Assembly (NCBI GenBank): GCA_965215265.1
Contig: OZ244048.1
Coordinates: forward strand, 992,001 to 1,056,000
Length of the DNA stretch: 64,000 bases
Direction of reading: 5' to 3'
DNA from: Candidatus Poribacteria bacterium
GTDB taxonomy: Bacteria; Poribacteria; WGA-4E; WGA-3G
The notes under the pieces are model-generated. The model was given only the letters and a program-made list of their open reading frames with translations, made no database searches and was not told the origin of the DNA. The translations under genes and the position numbers were made by a program. This document shows, piece by piece, positions 38,546 through 49,409 of this stretch; position 1 is the stretch's first letter, and each line of letters begins with the position of its first letter.

Positions 38546-39463
38546 CTATCTTTCTTCGACACATGCCCGCAATGCTGGTTCGAGCGTCTGATATTGAAAT
38601 GTATAACCGCTTGCCTCAGTTTTCTCTGGTAGTACCTGTTGGCTAAGTAAGACAAAATTCGCAAACTCGCCCATCATTACCTTTAAGGCAATTATGGGCA
38701 CCGGAAATAGCGTCGGGCGCCTCAGCACTGAACCCAGCGTTTTGGTAAATTCAGTATTTCTAACGGGGGCAGGTGCTGTGGCATTCAGGGAACCGCTTAT
38801 CTCGGGGTTTTCCAAAACGTGTAGAATGATTCCGACAACATCATCAACATGAACCCACGACATCCACTGATTCCCTCGCCCCAATTTGCCACCGACTCCC
38901 ATTTTAAAGGGAGGCAGCACCTGCTTTAACAGTCCACCCTCTCTTCCGAGTACGAGCCCAATCCGTACCAAAACGACGCGAATTCCGAGTGCTTCCGCTT
39001 TCAGTGCCTCCGTCTCCCACTCTTTGCATACGTTCGCGAGAAAATCGCTGCCGGAGGGCGAGGTCTCCGTAAGTTGTGCGTCCCCGCTTTCTCCATAGTA
39101 TCCGATTGCTGAAGCACAGACAAGTACCGCCGGTTTGTTCTGTGCATCCGCCAGCGAATTAACAAGACAGCGGGTTGAGAGAATCCGGCTATCCCGGATA
39201 CGCAGCTTTTTCTTAGCATTCCATCTGCCCGCGATAGTCTCACCCGCAAGATGTACCACTGCTGTCACTTCTGAGGTTGCCTCTGGAGGAAGTAAATCCG
39301 TTGACGCATTCCAACCGTAAACAGTTTTTGCTGCGCTTAATGCGGTGTGTGCGCGTGCTGGATTGCGCGATATCCCTATAATCTCATCGCCTTTTCCCAC
39401 TAACGCATCACAGACACGTTTACCGATAAATCCTGTAGCACCTGTAACCAATACAGTCGCCAT
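38546..39463 (-). CDS. TIGR01777/YfcH-family NAD-dependent epimerase
   Basis: TGATGFIG, HLAGETI, SAIGYYG, VCKEWE, G.QWMSWVH. Confidence 0.9.
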   Translation of the reverse strand: MATVLVTGATGFIGKRVCDALVGKGDEIIGISRNPARAHTALSAAKTVYGWNASTDLLPPEATSEVTAVVHLAGETIAGRWNAKKKLRIRDSRILSTRCLVNSLADAQNKPAVLVCASAIGYYGESGDAQLTETSPSGSDFLANVCKEWETEALKAEALGIRVVLVRIGLVLGREGGLLKQVLPPFKMGVGGKLGRGNQWMSWVHVDDVVGIILHVLENPEISGSLNATAPAPVRNTEFTKTLGSVLRRPTLFPVPIIALKVMMGEFANFVLLSQQVLPEKTEASGYTFQYQTLEPALRACVEER

Positions 39464-39529
39464 AGTTTAGTCCTCCGTTTTGGAAATACGCCCAGCAGGC
39501 AGAGAGAGATTCAGCCTTAAAAGACGCGG

Positions 39530-40258
39530 TTAAGTGAAAAGGTTCTTAATAACAGTTTCGAGTTGACGATAATCGTCAACCACAGCGTCGCTCAGGATAG
39601 TATCCGTTTCGCTTTGGTTAAATCCACAGAATCTAATCGCCTTCATTCCGGCATTCTTCGCACCTATAATATCAGTTCGGACAATATCGCCAATATGCAC
39701 TGCCTCACTCGGTGCAGCACCAAGCTGCGCCAGCGTTGAATGGAATTGCATCACCTCAGGTTTGGTATGTTCAGTTTCATCCGAGAACGTGAACACCTTA
39801 AAGCATTGCAAAATACTATCGCGTTCCATTAACCGACGTGCAAAACTCCCCGGTGTCAACGCCGAATCTGAGATAACGCCAAGCGGATAACACTGGCTGA
39901 GTGCGGCGACAACTGGTTTTACATGCGGAATTAGCAGCGGGGGTGATTCCAAAAACACCTCCCCCAACAGTGAAACCAGGCGCGTTCTTTCTCTTTCATC
40001 GAGCGGAAGGTTTAGCGTCTCAGCAAATCGCACCATGCACGTCTCTACGGAGACTCCTAAATGTTCGTGCCACCGTACACTCGTCAAATCATACGCAGCA
40101 TCAACCCCGACTTGCACTTCATCCAGTGTGCAAGCATATCCTCGGCTAGCCAGATAAGCATGGAAGCGACTTACACGCATCTGCTGCCGTGTGTGCCAAT
40201 TCTCGTAAGAATCTGCATACAGTGTTTGCCAAAAGTCAAACGTTATCGCTTTGAGCAT
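39530..40258 (-). CDS. HAD-family hydrolase
   Basis: FDFWQTL, KP, HIGD...DIIGAKNAGM. Confidence 0.85.
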   Translation of the reverse strand: MLKAITFDFWQTLYADSYENWHTRQQMRVSRFHAYLASRGYACTLDEVQVGVDAAYDLTSVRWHEHLGVSVETCMVRFAETLNLPLDERERTRLVSLLGEVFLESPPLLIPHVKPVVAALSQCYPLGVISDSALTPGSFARRLMERDSILQCFKVFTFSDETEHTKPEVMQFHSTLAQLGAAPSEAVHIGDIVRTDIIGAKNAGMKAIRFCGFNQSETDTILSDAVVDDYRQLETVIKNLFT

Positions 40259-40512
40259 TGAATCTCCCTATTTTCTTGGCAGCCTTGTTTGAAAGGCCCT
40301 TGCATACTACACTCAATTTTTTTTAACTACGTCCGCTTGCGCGCTTGTTTCACCCATCTCTTCATATCGTAGCGATTTCTCAAACGGAATCCTGCTATAG
40401 AAGCACCCCGGAGCTATCGCCTCAGTTCAACTGTCCAGATGTTTTTAATTGTAGCACCATTCTAGGGAAATGTCAATTGACGAAATGCAAGAATGTAAGA
40501 ATAAAAATAAAC

Positions 40513-40541
40513 TTGAAAAGCTGTCTCGAACATGGTATAAT
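40513..40541 (+). promoter_or_regulatory. sigma70-type promoter
   Basis: TTGAAA-17-TATAAT with extended TG. Confidence 0.6.
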
Positions 40542-40600
40542 ATTAATAGAACTAAAATATTTGAGGTATTAAACGAAAACGATTTGTCCAAAGGGATGCT

Positions 40601-42106
40601 ATGTTACGGTTGAATCGTGGAATCATCCCAAGTTATGCGACCGGCCACTTGATGCTAATTTACTTTGTCGTCGGATTGGGGACGCTGATTGTCGCCTTTG
40701 CATATTATACGCGACAAATTGCGCAACTGGATGCAGATATTGAAGCACAAGTTGATATCTTCGTTAACCTCGCAGTGTTGTTGCCGAGCGTAGAAGACAG
40801 AACACTGCAGGAGAAATTGATTCAGATCGTCAAGCAGGAGACGCTCGCAGCAGACAGAACTCGTCAATTTTCATTCATCATTACTGATGCCCAAGGCGCA
40901 CCACTAATCGCGCGAGGTATCAGCCCTGAATTTGATGATAAGGTCAACCAAACTGAACGCATCTCGTTAACAGAAGAGGAGGCACATCTCCTCGAAACAA
41001 CCTTGGAGCGCATGCGGAAAAAGAATCCGCCACGTAAAATACCGCATTTTGTCAAAGATAGAAAGGTATATGGTAAAATCTATTACGGTGATGTCGCACC
41101 GAGTGCGCTTGCACACATTCCGTTTGTACTCACTGATACGACCGGAATGCCACAGAAATGGCAGATCTGGGGTGATATTGTGACAGTAGACAACGCAACT
41201 GACACAGAAATCGAACGTGCACGGATCTTTGTCCAAAATGCCCCGGCGGCTGCAGAGCTGCAGACGACACCGACGCAGCACCAAGGTACCATCTATTATG
41301 AGACGAAGCGATATTACAAGTTAAAGTTTATAACTCCCTTGTTGCTCTGTGTCGCGTTTCCCACTGTCGGTATCGTCTGTTTGCTTATCTATAGACGAAT
41401 TAAGGCTTATGAAACTGCCGCCGTGTGGGGCGGTTTAGCAAAGGAGACAGCACATCAGTTGGGTACACCTATCTCTGCGCTACTTGCATGGACAGAACTG
41501 CTGTGCGAGCGGGGCCGAGAAACACATGATGCCACACTGGCACAACTCGCAGCCGACATGCAAGGAGACATCCACCGGCTGCAGAAAACGACTGACCGGT
41601 TTGGGATGATTGGGACACAACCGCCTATAACCGATGTTGAACTTGAGGAAGTATTTAGCGAAGTACTCGCATATTTTGAGAAACGGCTGCCCCATGCCGG
41701 GAATCGCCGCGTTCAGATAGAATTCATCCCATGTGAGAGCCCGGCAGTGCAAGGCAACGCCCACCTCTTACAGTGGGTCTTTGAAAACTTAATTCGTAAC
41801 TCATTGGATGCCATGGATAAACGCGCCGGCCGCATATCCATAATGCCTCACTATGATAAACGAAGGACAGAGATCGTGGTGAAGTATACTGATAATGGCA
41901 GAGGCATCCCGCGCCGGATCCGACGCAAGATTTTTGAACCCGGGATGAGCACCAAAGTACACGGATGGGGACTTGGGCTAACAGTAGTACGGCGTATCCT
42001 TCACGAATACCATCACGGAAGCATTCGACTGCTTGAAACCGGAGAGTCAGGCACAACCTTTGAAATTCGACTGCCTACCGCGTCTAACTCTCACAATAAG
42101 GATTAA
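40601..42106 (+). CDS. Membrane sensor histidine kinase
   Basis: Two TM segments; H-box ETAHQLGTP; N-box ENLIRNS; DNGRG; GWGLGL. Confidence 0.9.
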   Translation: MLRLNRGIIPSYATGHLMLIYFVVGLGTLIVAFAYYTRQIAQLDADIEAQVDIFVNLAVLLPSVEDRTLQEKLIQIVKQETLAADRTRQFSFIITDAQGAPLIARGISPEFDDKVNQTERISLTEEEAHLLETTLERMRKKNPPRKIPHFVKDRKVYGKIYYGDVAPSALAHIPFVLTDTTGMPQKWQIWGDIVTVDNATDTEIERARIFVQNAPAAAELQTTPTQHQGTIYYETKRYYKLKFITPLLLCVAFPTVGIVCLLIYRRIKAYETAAVWGGLAKETAHQLGTPISALLAWTELLCERGRETHDATLAQLAADMQGDIHRLQKTTDRFGMIGTQPPITDVELEEVFSEVLAYFEKRLPHAGNRRVQIEFIPCESPAVQGNAHLLQWVFENLIRNSLDAMDKRAGRISIMPHYDKRRTEIVVKYTDNGRGIPRRIRRKIFEPGMSTKVHGWGLGLTVVRRILHEYHHGSIRLLETGESGTTFEIRLPTASNSHNKD

Positions 42107-42273
42107 CACGGCCTAAAGCGGCTCTGACGAGATTTATATAGGTGTTATCAAAGCATACGCCTTTATAGTACTTCAGTAGACAAAAAAGGATTAACACGGC
42201 CTAAAGCGGCTCTGACGAGATTTATATAGATGTTATGAAAGCATACGCCTTTATGGTACTTCAGTAGACAAAA
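42098..42273 (+). repeat. 88-bp tandem duplication carrying the ACGAGATTT...GTAGAC unit
   Basis: Two near-identical copies starting at 42098 and 42186. Confidence 0.9.
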
Positions 42274-42276
42274 AAC

Positions 42277-43869
42277 ATGCAAAAAGCACACCAAATTTTA
42301 TGGATCGACGATGAAATAGAGGCACTGCGTCCGCATATCCGGTTTCTCACGGAACGCGGATATACCGTAACTCCTGCCACGAATGGTGAAGATGGTATCG
42401 CTCTCTTAAAACAGAGAGACACCGAATTCAGTGCTATTCTACTTGACCAGGTGATGCCCGGAAAAGATGGCCTCCAAACACTGGAGGTCCTTCGTTCCAT
42501 CAACCGGCAAGTCCCCGTCATTTTTGTCACACAATCTAGTGATGACGCGTTCGTGGATGTGGCACTCGGCAAACAAGTAACCGATTTCCTCGTCAAACCG
42601 ATTGGTGTAGCACAAATTGCAGCCACGCTCAAACGACATCTTGATGCTCAGCAGTTAGTTGATAACTCTATTCCGGGGCGCTATACGACAGATTTTAATG
42701 CAATCCGTGCGATCAAAGAATCCAATCTGCACTGGCAGGAGTGGGTAGACATCTACGTCAAATTATTGGAATGGGACCTGGTCTCGGAGCGACTCGCCGA
42801 GGGCGGGTTAGAGGAAACGCACCTGGAACAAAAGAAGGAGTGCAACACTGAATTCTCTGATTTTGTTGAGGCCAACTATCCAGCATGGATAGCAGGCAGC
42901 TCAGATGCACCGCCACTGTCTGTAAATGTATTAGACCGGTATGTTCTACCTCTTTTACAAGCAGGGAAATCTGTCTACTTCATTGTCGTAGACTGCTTCC
43001 GTTTAGATGGCTGGATGGCAGTAGAACCGCTGCTCAGTCCTTATTTTTCGATTGACCGGCAGTACGCGTTATCAATTTTACCTAGTGCCACTATGTATTC
43101 CCGCAACGCCTTATTTAGCGGGCTCTACCCCGCTGAGTTGGCAGAAAGTTATCCACAGTACTGGAATGAAGGACAGCCATCTAACCGGGAAGCAGGGCAG
43201 AACGTTTCAAGCACCAATAGGTACGAACGGCAGTTACTGGAAGAATACCTAAAAAATAGAGGTCTGTACCTCAAACCCGGCCTCCAGTACTTCAAAATTT
43301 TCGATGCCCGCGGCGGCCAGAAGTACAAAAAGCGTATTGCTGCCGCACCACGCGTGAGTCTCGCAGCCTTAGTGGTTAACTTCGTTGACACTTTGACACA
43401 CCAACGCTCACAATCTGATGTCCTGCAGCAGCTCGCCCCCGATGAAGCAGCCTTCCGAGCACTCGCCCACTCCTGGTTTTCACACTCAGTCCTTTTTGAC
43501 ATCTTGCGACTCATTGCTACACAAAACGCTACCGTTGTCCTTACCAGTGACCACGGCTCTGTGTTTTGTAACCGTGCTACCCGGGCCTATGGAAACAGAG
43601 AGACAACGACCAGCCTCCGGTTTAAAATGGGCTCCAACCTAGGGTGTGAAGAGAACCAAGCGGTGCATCTCCGTGATCCGCGGGCGTACCGGCTCCCGGC
43701 TGAGACGACAAGTAAGAATTATATTTTAGCGAAAGACGATTACTACTTCGTCTATCCCAACGACTTTTATAAATATAAACGCCAATTTCAAGGAGGGTTC
43801 CAGCACGGCGGCATTTCGCTCGGCGAGCTCATAACGCCCGTTGTAACACTAACGCCCCGGCAAAGTTAA
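42277..43869 (+). CDS. PorX-like response regulator (REC plus PglZ/alkaline-phosphatase domain)
   Basis: ILWIDDE, LLDQVMPG; VVDCFRLD, SILPSAT.YSRNALFSG, TSDHG, FQHGGIS. Confidence 0.85.
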   Translation: MQKAHQILWIDDEIEALRPHIRFLTERGYTVTPATNGEDGIALLKQRDTEFSAILLDQVMPGKDGLQTLEVLRSINRQVPVIFVTQSSDDAFVDVALGKQVTDFLVKPIGVAQIAATLKRHLDAQQLVDNSIPGRYTTDFNAIRAIKESNLHWQEWVDIYVKLLEWDLVSERLAEGGLEETHLEQKKECNTEFSDFVEANYPAWIAGSSDAPPLSVNVLDRYVLPLLQAGKSVYFIVVDCFRLDGWMAVEPLLSPYFSIDRQYALSILPSATMYSRNALFSGLYPAELAESYPQYWNEGQPSNREAGQNVSSTNRYERQLLEEYLKNRGLYLKPGLQYFKIFDARGGQKYKKRIAAAPRVSLAALVVNFVDTLTHQRSQSDVLQQLAPDEAAFRALAHSWFSHSVLFDILRLIATQNATVVLTSDHGSVFCNRATRAYGNRETTTSLRFKMGSNLGCEENQAVHLRDPRAYRLPAETTSKNYILAKDDYYFVYPNDFYKYKRQFQGGFQHGGISLGELITPVVTLTPRQS

Positions 43870-44084
43870 GAGCAAAACTCACAGCAAGCCGGTTTATGTC
43901 AATTCCAAATTTTTGTAGGACTCCGTTGCAGCACCGGATTTCTAAAAGAAAGATCCATTACATAAATCGACAGATATCCCAAAATAGGTTTTCGTATACT
44001 AGAGCCCTACAACGCCTGATGCTTTGTTAATGACTGTGTACATCTCGCCAGAGGGATTCTCTGTTTTGATTCAATACATCAGGA

Positions 44085-44345
44085 GGCTCCGACGAGATTT
44101 GTGCTAAGGTTATCAAAGCACCAATTGTTGTTGTGCTCCTGTAGACAAAAGAACGAGATGTACATCGGATTTTACATTGCAGTTGGCAGGTTCGGTATGG
44201 CAGGGTAAGGAATTCTTTGTCTCTCCTTTCAGGAGAGTGGCAGGATAGGTATTCTTTTTCACTCCTGCAAGGAGTGAAAAGATAACCTTTTACCTGCCAC
44301 CCACTGGGACAAGACAGCCTTTGTGGGGTGCCTGTAGACGAAAAA
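44085..44345 (+). repeat. Intergenic repeat-family copy (ACGAGATTT...GTAGAC units) with hairpins
   Basis: ggctccgacgagatttgtgctaaggt is identical at 46201; gtagac at 44141 and 44334. Confidence 0.75.
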
Positions 44346-44446
44346 AGCCGCACATTTTTATAGACTTGATTAACGGAAGTGCCTCTTGTCAGTTGCGAGA
44401 TGGAACCCAGCAAAATGCGTACGACAAGGCACGATAGGAGGTCATA

Positions 44447-46039
44447 GTGGAAAAGGAGATACTTATTTCTGATGACGAATATGAAACGCGCTGCGCGGTA
44501 CTAGAACAAGGAGTGTTAAATGAAATTTACATTGAACGAAAAGAGGTTACTCAAGCCTTAGGCAACCTTTATAAAGGACGCGTCGAGAATGTTCTCCCCG
44601 GAATGCAGGTAGCGTTCGTTGACATTGGTTTGGCACGGCATGCTTTCCTTCATATCTCTGACTTGAAGAGCGAATCTGTTAATGACTACCTGGACAAGAA
44701 TGGGAGTATCAGGGATAACAACAACGGAAGAACTGCGCGCAATAAATCCGCAACCTTGAATTTGAAGGAGAAGCCACCGAAGCAGCCCCGCGGAGGACGC
44801 GGATATCCGTTCCTCATCACTGACCTGATTTCAAAGAATCAGGAAATCCTCGTGCAAGTTGGAAAAGAGCCTATGGGAAGTAAGGGCGCACGCGTCACGA
44901 GCAACATTACATTGCCCGGGCGCTACGTCGTCTACATGCCTAACTCTGCGAATATCGGCGTATCCCGACGAATCGAATCGGATAGCGAACGGGATAGGTT
45001 ACGTAACATGGCACAGGAAGTCAAAGCGGAAGTGGAAGGCGGATTTATCATCCGAACCGCCGCTGAAGGCCTGAACGAAACTGAATTCACTGCCGAGATC
45101 CGTTATCTAATCAACCAATGGAAGCAGATACGCGAGCGCGCAAAACGGAAATCTGCACCCAGCCTTGTCAGTCAAGATTTGAATTTTACCAACCGCATCG
45201 TCCGAGACATGCTGACTAAAGATGTCAAGCAGCTCATCATTGATTCACAAACTGGATATCAGGAGACTTTGGACTATGTTGCATCCGTCATGCCAAACTT
45301 GCGGCCGCGCGTAGCACTGTATCAAGAGAATACCGCACTGTTCAACGCATACGGCATTGAACGTGAACTTCAAAGTGCGCTTAGCGAGAAAATTTGGCTC
45401 AAGTGTGGCGGATATATTATTATCCAACAGACCGAAGCGATGGTTTCTATTGATGTGAACACCGGACGTTTCGTCGGAAAATCGGACCCGGATAACACTA
45501 TTTTGAGTGCGAACCTTGAAGCGGTTGAGGAGGTTGTCCGACAACTTCAATTGCGCGATTTGGGCGGCATCATTGTCGTTGATTTCATTGATATGGAAGA
45601 AGCATCCCACCGAAAACGGGTTTTTAAACTGCTGCAAGAAGCACTCCGAAAAGACCGGGCACGAACGAATATCCTGCATTTCTCGGATCTAGGCCTCGTA
45701 GAGATGACACGTCAACGCACGCGTCCCAGCCTATCTACCTTAATGATGGAGCAGTGCCCATACTGTAATGGACGCGGCAACGTTTTATCGATTGAAACGA
45801 TCGGGATTCAGGTGTTCCGTGCAATAAAAACCGCACACCAGCAAACACAAAAATCCGAATTGAGAGTTATCGCCAATGACGATGTCGTCTTACACATAAA
45901 ATCGGAGATGGCGAACAAGCTACGAGATCTCAGGCGATCCTTGAAACTCGAATTAACGCTTGAACCTGATGTTAACCTGCACCTCGAAGATTACCGTATC
46001 TTTGTAGGAAACGGGGAAGAACTGTTCTTAGACTTTTAA
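44447..46039 (+). CDS. rng: Ribonuclease G/E family
   Basis: GNLYKGRVENVLPGMQ.AFVDIG, LPGRY, IDVNTG, DLGGII.VDFIDM, GLVEMTRQR, CPYC.G.G. Confidence 0.92.
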   Translation: MEKEILISDDEYETRCAVLEQGVLNEIYIERKEVTQALGNLYKGRVENVLPGMQVAFVDIGLARHAFLHISDLKSESVNDYLDKNGSIRDNNNGRTARNKSATLNLKEKPPKQPRGGRGYPFLITDLISKNQEILVQVGKEPMGSKGARVTSNITLPGRYVVYMPNSANIGVSRRIESDSERDRLRNMAQEVKAEVEGGFIIRTAAEGLNETEFTAEIRYLINQWKQIRERAKRKSAPSLVSQDLNFTNRIVRDMLTKDVKQLIIDSQTGYQETLDYVASVMPNLRPRVALYQENTALFNAYGIERELQSALSEKIWLKCGGYIIIQQTEAMVSIDVNTGRFVGKSDPDNTILSANLEAVEEVVRQLQLRDLGGIIVVDFIDMEEASHRKRVFKLLQEALRKDRARTNILHFSDLGLVEMTRQRTRPSLSTLMMEQCPYCNGRGNVLSIETIGIQVFRAIKTAHQQTQKSELRVIANDDVVLHIKSEMANKLRDLRRSLKLELTLEPDVNLHLEDYRIFVGNGEELFLDF

Positions 46040-46200
46040 TGTTTTTTCGTAAAAAGGGATTCCTCCCCGCACGCGGGGTGAATTCTTAACCATCACCGCT
46101 TATGTATTGTTTAATCGCCACCCATTGGGATTACCTTTTACCTGCCATCTATAGATCGGAGACTCCTTAGGTATAGTCTTTTAAAATTAAAACCTAAAAT

Positions 46201-46378
46201 GGCTCCGACGAGATTTGTGCTAAGGTGTTCATTACATCTGTTGTGTTGTGCTCTTGTAGACGAAAGAACGAGATTTGTAAAGTTATTAACATAGCAGCAG
46301 CCTTTAGCGGGCTTCTGTAGACGAAAGAACGAGATTTGTGCGAGGTTTTTGCATTGCCGCAGCCTTTATTGGGCTGCA
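46201..46378 (+). repeat. Three tandem 60-61-nt units of the ACGAGATTT...GTAGAC family
   Basis: acgagatttgt at 46208, 46268 and 46329; tgtagacgaaagaacgagatttgt is exact twice. Confidence 0.85.
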
Positions 46379-46415
46379 CTATACAAAATATGCAGAATAA
46401 GGAGAAGCATCAAAC

Positions 46416-46784
46416 ATGTATGCAGTCTTTACAAGCGGAGGGAAACAGCATCGTGTCTCGGTTGGCAACGTCGTTGATGTCGAAAAACTTGATGCCGTCG
46501 TTGGAGATACTGTTACGTTCCCTTCCGTTTTAGCTGTTGTTGATGACAGCGGACAATTAAAAGCAGGCTCACCGTACGTGGAGAACACCTCCGTTACAGG
46601 TGAGATAATTCAACAAGCACGTGCGAAAAAGACAATTGTGTTTAAGTCCAAACGACGTAAGGGTTACAAGCGAAAGTTAGGACACCGGCAATCTTTTACA
46701 CGTGTGAAAATTACTGCCATTGGCGCGAACAGCAAACTGCGCGATGAAAATGGCATAGAGGAGGGACAAACTGATGGCGCATAA
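46416..46784 (+). CDS. rplU: 50S ribosomal protein L21
   Basis: [30 protein letters not shown]. Confidence 0.97.
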   Translation: MYAVFTSGGKQHRVSVGNVVDVEKLDAVVGDTVTFPSVLAVVDDSGQLKAGSPYVENTSVTGEIIQQARAKKTIVFKSKRRKGYKRKLGHRQSFTRVKITAIGANSKLRDENGIEEGQTDGA

Positions 46785-47040
46785 AAAAGGCGGCGGGAGC
46801 ACCCGAAATGGACGTGATAGCATCGGAAAACGACTCGGGGCCAAAAGATTTGATGGAAATTACGTCACCGCCGGGAGCATTCTCGTTCGACAGCGCGGTA
46901 CCCATTTCCACCCTGGCAACAACGTCGGAGTCGGAAGGGACTACACTCTTTTCTCAAAAATTGATGGATACGTCGCGTTTGAGAGAAAGGACAAATATCG
47001 CCGCAGGGTGAGTGTCTATACTGAACACCCCACATATTAG
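46774..47040 (+). CDS. rpmA: 50S ribosomal protein L27
   Basis: [26 protein letters not shown]. Confidence 0.98.
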   Translation: MAHKKGGGSTRNGRDSIGKRLGAKRFDGNYVTAGSILVRQRGTHFHPGNNVGVGRDYTLFSKIDGYVAFERKDKYRRRVSVYTEHPTY

Positions 47041-47283
47041 ACACCATGGAAAGGTGGAGTTGTGTGTGTGCTGAGTGTGACACCTGCCTCAAGTGAGACG
47101 TGAGAAAACGAGGTGAAATTACACGACACACACACAGACTTTACAGAATTTCGTGCAGAAATTTATTTTATAGTGGATTAGATGAGGTTGGAAACCTCGC
47201 AGAGCACAAGGTATCAGTTGTAAAATCTACGATACAAAAAGATTGGAATCTTTTTATAAAGAAACACGACAGAGGACACATTC

Positions 47284-47733
47284 GTGAAACGGATTATAGC
47301 CCGTGATTTAACAGTCCATTTCGCAATGTGCATCTTTGCTTTTACATCGCTCTTCGGGTGTGGGAACCAACTCCAAACACTCGCAGTGGAAACCATGGAT
47401 AACGCAAAGACTGCACTGAGTGCAGCCAAAAATGCTGGTGCCCCGCAGCTAGCAACGGCCCCCTTACAAACAGCCCAAGAGATGCTCAGCGGTGCTGAAA
47501 CAGCAATGCAAGCAAACGATACCGAGCGTGCTTACCGATTGGCACTCCGGGCATATCTCCATGCCCGCATCGCGACGGAAACCGTGCTGGCAATGCAGCA
47601 CGAAGCACAACTCCAAGAGGCACAAAAGCAATTGGCACAGCACCAACAGCGCACCGCTGAAGCACTCCATAAATTAACGGCTATAAAAGCAGAATATGAA
47701 AAACTGAAGACGCTGAGTGAGGAAAACGAGTGA
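47284..47733 (+). CDS. DUF4398-like helical lipoprotein
   Basis: Lipobox LFGC; A..A.A...A...L..A pattern; coupled to the OmpA gene. Confidence 0.65.
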   Translation: MKRIIARDLTVHFAMCIFAFTSLFGCGNQLQTLAVETMDNAKTALSAAKNAGAPQLATAPLQTAQEMLSGAETAMQANDTERAYRLALRAYLHARIATETVLAMQHEAQLQEAQKQLAQHQQRTAEALHKLTAIKAEYEKLKTLSEENE

Positions 47734-49409
47734 GATTAGGACGGAATTTGCAAGTCTGTTTTGAAATATACATCGTCATCTTCCTCATCGCGTTGTTAGC
47801 GTTTTTCGGATGTGCAGCACCGGAAATCGATGACGTGCTTTTGGAGACACAACTCCAAGGCGCACAACGTTCAATTGCTGGAGCAACAGCATTGGAAGCA
47901 GAACGTTTCGCCGGAGAGGAATTTGTACGCGCTATCAAACTGCTATCTCTTGCACGTGAAGCGCAGGAACATCAAGACATCGCACAGAGTGCCGAATTCG
48001 CATACCAAGCAGAACTGATGGCACAGATTGCTGCCGCCAAGGCCCGACAACAGCAGGCGCAGCAATACCTTGTCAGCACCCGGGAACAGCAATATCAAGA
48101 AATCATAAAAGCACATCAGCATGAACTTGATATTGAGCGCATCCGTCATGAAATCACAAAAGTAGAACTTGCTAATGCGCTGAAAACCATTACAAGTTTG
48201 GAACACAGAACAAATGTGCTTTCAACTGATATCTCAGAATTAAACGACTCCTTGCGGCGAATGGAACTCCGGGTACTACTGACGGAAGCGGAACTCCTCG
48301 TTAATATTGCCCGAGAAACCCATCCTGCACTTGAAGTAACTGCTGACTACGAGAGAGCGCAAGCGACAATCGTGCTGGCTGTCAATCTCATAGCGCGCGC
48401 AGAATTTACGGAAGCGGAAAAAGCCACCACAGATGCCCAAAAACAAGCGAATGGACTCTATGAACTGGCGATAAAAAACCGAACAACAGAGACAGAAGCG
48501 AAAACGGCAGCACGGATTGCAATCGCCAAAGCAGAATCAATTGTGGAAAGGGCCCAATATCTCAATGCCAATCAACACGCGCCGCAGCAATTCCAACAAG
48601 CCAGTACGCACATACAACGTGCTAAAAGACACATGGATGAAAACCAGTACGAATCTGCGCACACGCGAGCCGAACAAGCACAGAAAAGTGCAGATGATGC
48701 TGTTGCAATTGCACTCCTTGCCGAATACCGGCAGCAGGCACAGAGCGAATTAGAGGCACTTGCTGCCGAAGCCCAACAAGTAGTCAATACCCTTAAAGCG
48801 GAAATAGCACAGCAAGCGAAGACTCAAGTCCCGCAGCTTGAACTGCAACTTTATAAGCTCGCCACTGCCGCATTTGCCACAGCTGAAGCCGCTTTGTTAG
48901 ATAAAGACTATTCCGCGGCAATCGAGGCGGCGGCCGAAAGTAACGATTACCTGCAGCGTGCCATAGAAAACCTACGTGCAAAGAACTCAAAGAAAGTGAA
49001 TTTACTTACTGCAGCCAAGCGTATCGCAAACGCCAGTATCATTGAACTGAAAAATGGCGTGCTCATCCGCATCAGTGGTAATCTGTTTGCAATCGGAAGC
49101 ACCCAACTCAATAACCGATTTTTCGCCACCTTTACACAATTAGCAAAATTACTACAGATGGAGAGTTTTAGCTCATATCCTGTCCGGATTGAGGCACATA
49201 CGGACACCATCGGGGCCGCTGATGTTAATCAAAATATTAGTCATGGGCGTGCAAAATCGGTTCAGGAATTTCTCATCGCAGAGGGACGTGTTGACGAAAA
49301 ACGGCTAACCGCCATCGGACTCGGTGAAACACAACCCATCGCTACAGACGGAGAATCCCCGGAAGTGCAGAACAGCAGGATTGATATAATTATCAAAACA
49401 CAAGAATGA
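47730..49409 (+). CDS. Lipoprotein with repeated DUF4398-like helices and a C-terminal OmpA domain
   Basis: Lipobox FFGC; IEAHTD.IG...N..IS.GRA.SV, G.GE..P...QNSRIDI. Confidence 0.8.
   Translation: MRLGRNLQVCFEIYIVIFLIALLAFFGCAAPEIDDVLLETQLQGAQRSIAGATALEAERFAGEEFVRAIKLLSLAREAQEHQDIAQSAEFAYQAELMAQIAAAKARQQQAQQYLVSTREQQYQEIIKAHQHELDIERIRHEITKVELANALKTITSLEHRTNVLSTDISELNDSLRRMELRVLLTEAELLVNIARETHPALEVTADYERAQATIVLAVNLIARAEFTEAEKATTDAQKQANGLYELAIKNRTTETEAKTAARIAIAKAESIVERAQYLNANQHAPQQFQQASTHIQRAKRHMDENQYESAHTRAEQAQKSADDAVAIALLAEYRQQAQSELEALAAEAQQVVNTLKAEIAQQAKTQVPQLELQLYKLATAAFATAEAALLDKDYSAAIEAAAESNDYLQRAIENLRAKNSKKVNLLTAAKRIANASIIELKNGVLIRISGNLFAIGSTQLNNRFFATFTQLAKLLQMESFSSYPVRIEAHTDTIGAADVNQNISHGRAKSVQEFLIAEGRVDEKRLTAIGLGETQPIATDGESPEVQNSRIDIIIKTQE

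Noticed and set aside
46201-46378. CRISPR array
   Set aside because: Only two exact 24-nt repeats, spacers resemble each other, and no cas genes are present; kept as an unknown repeat family.
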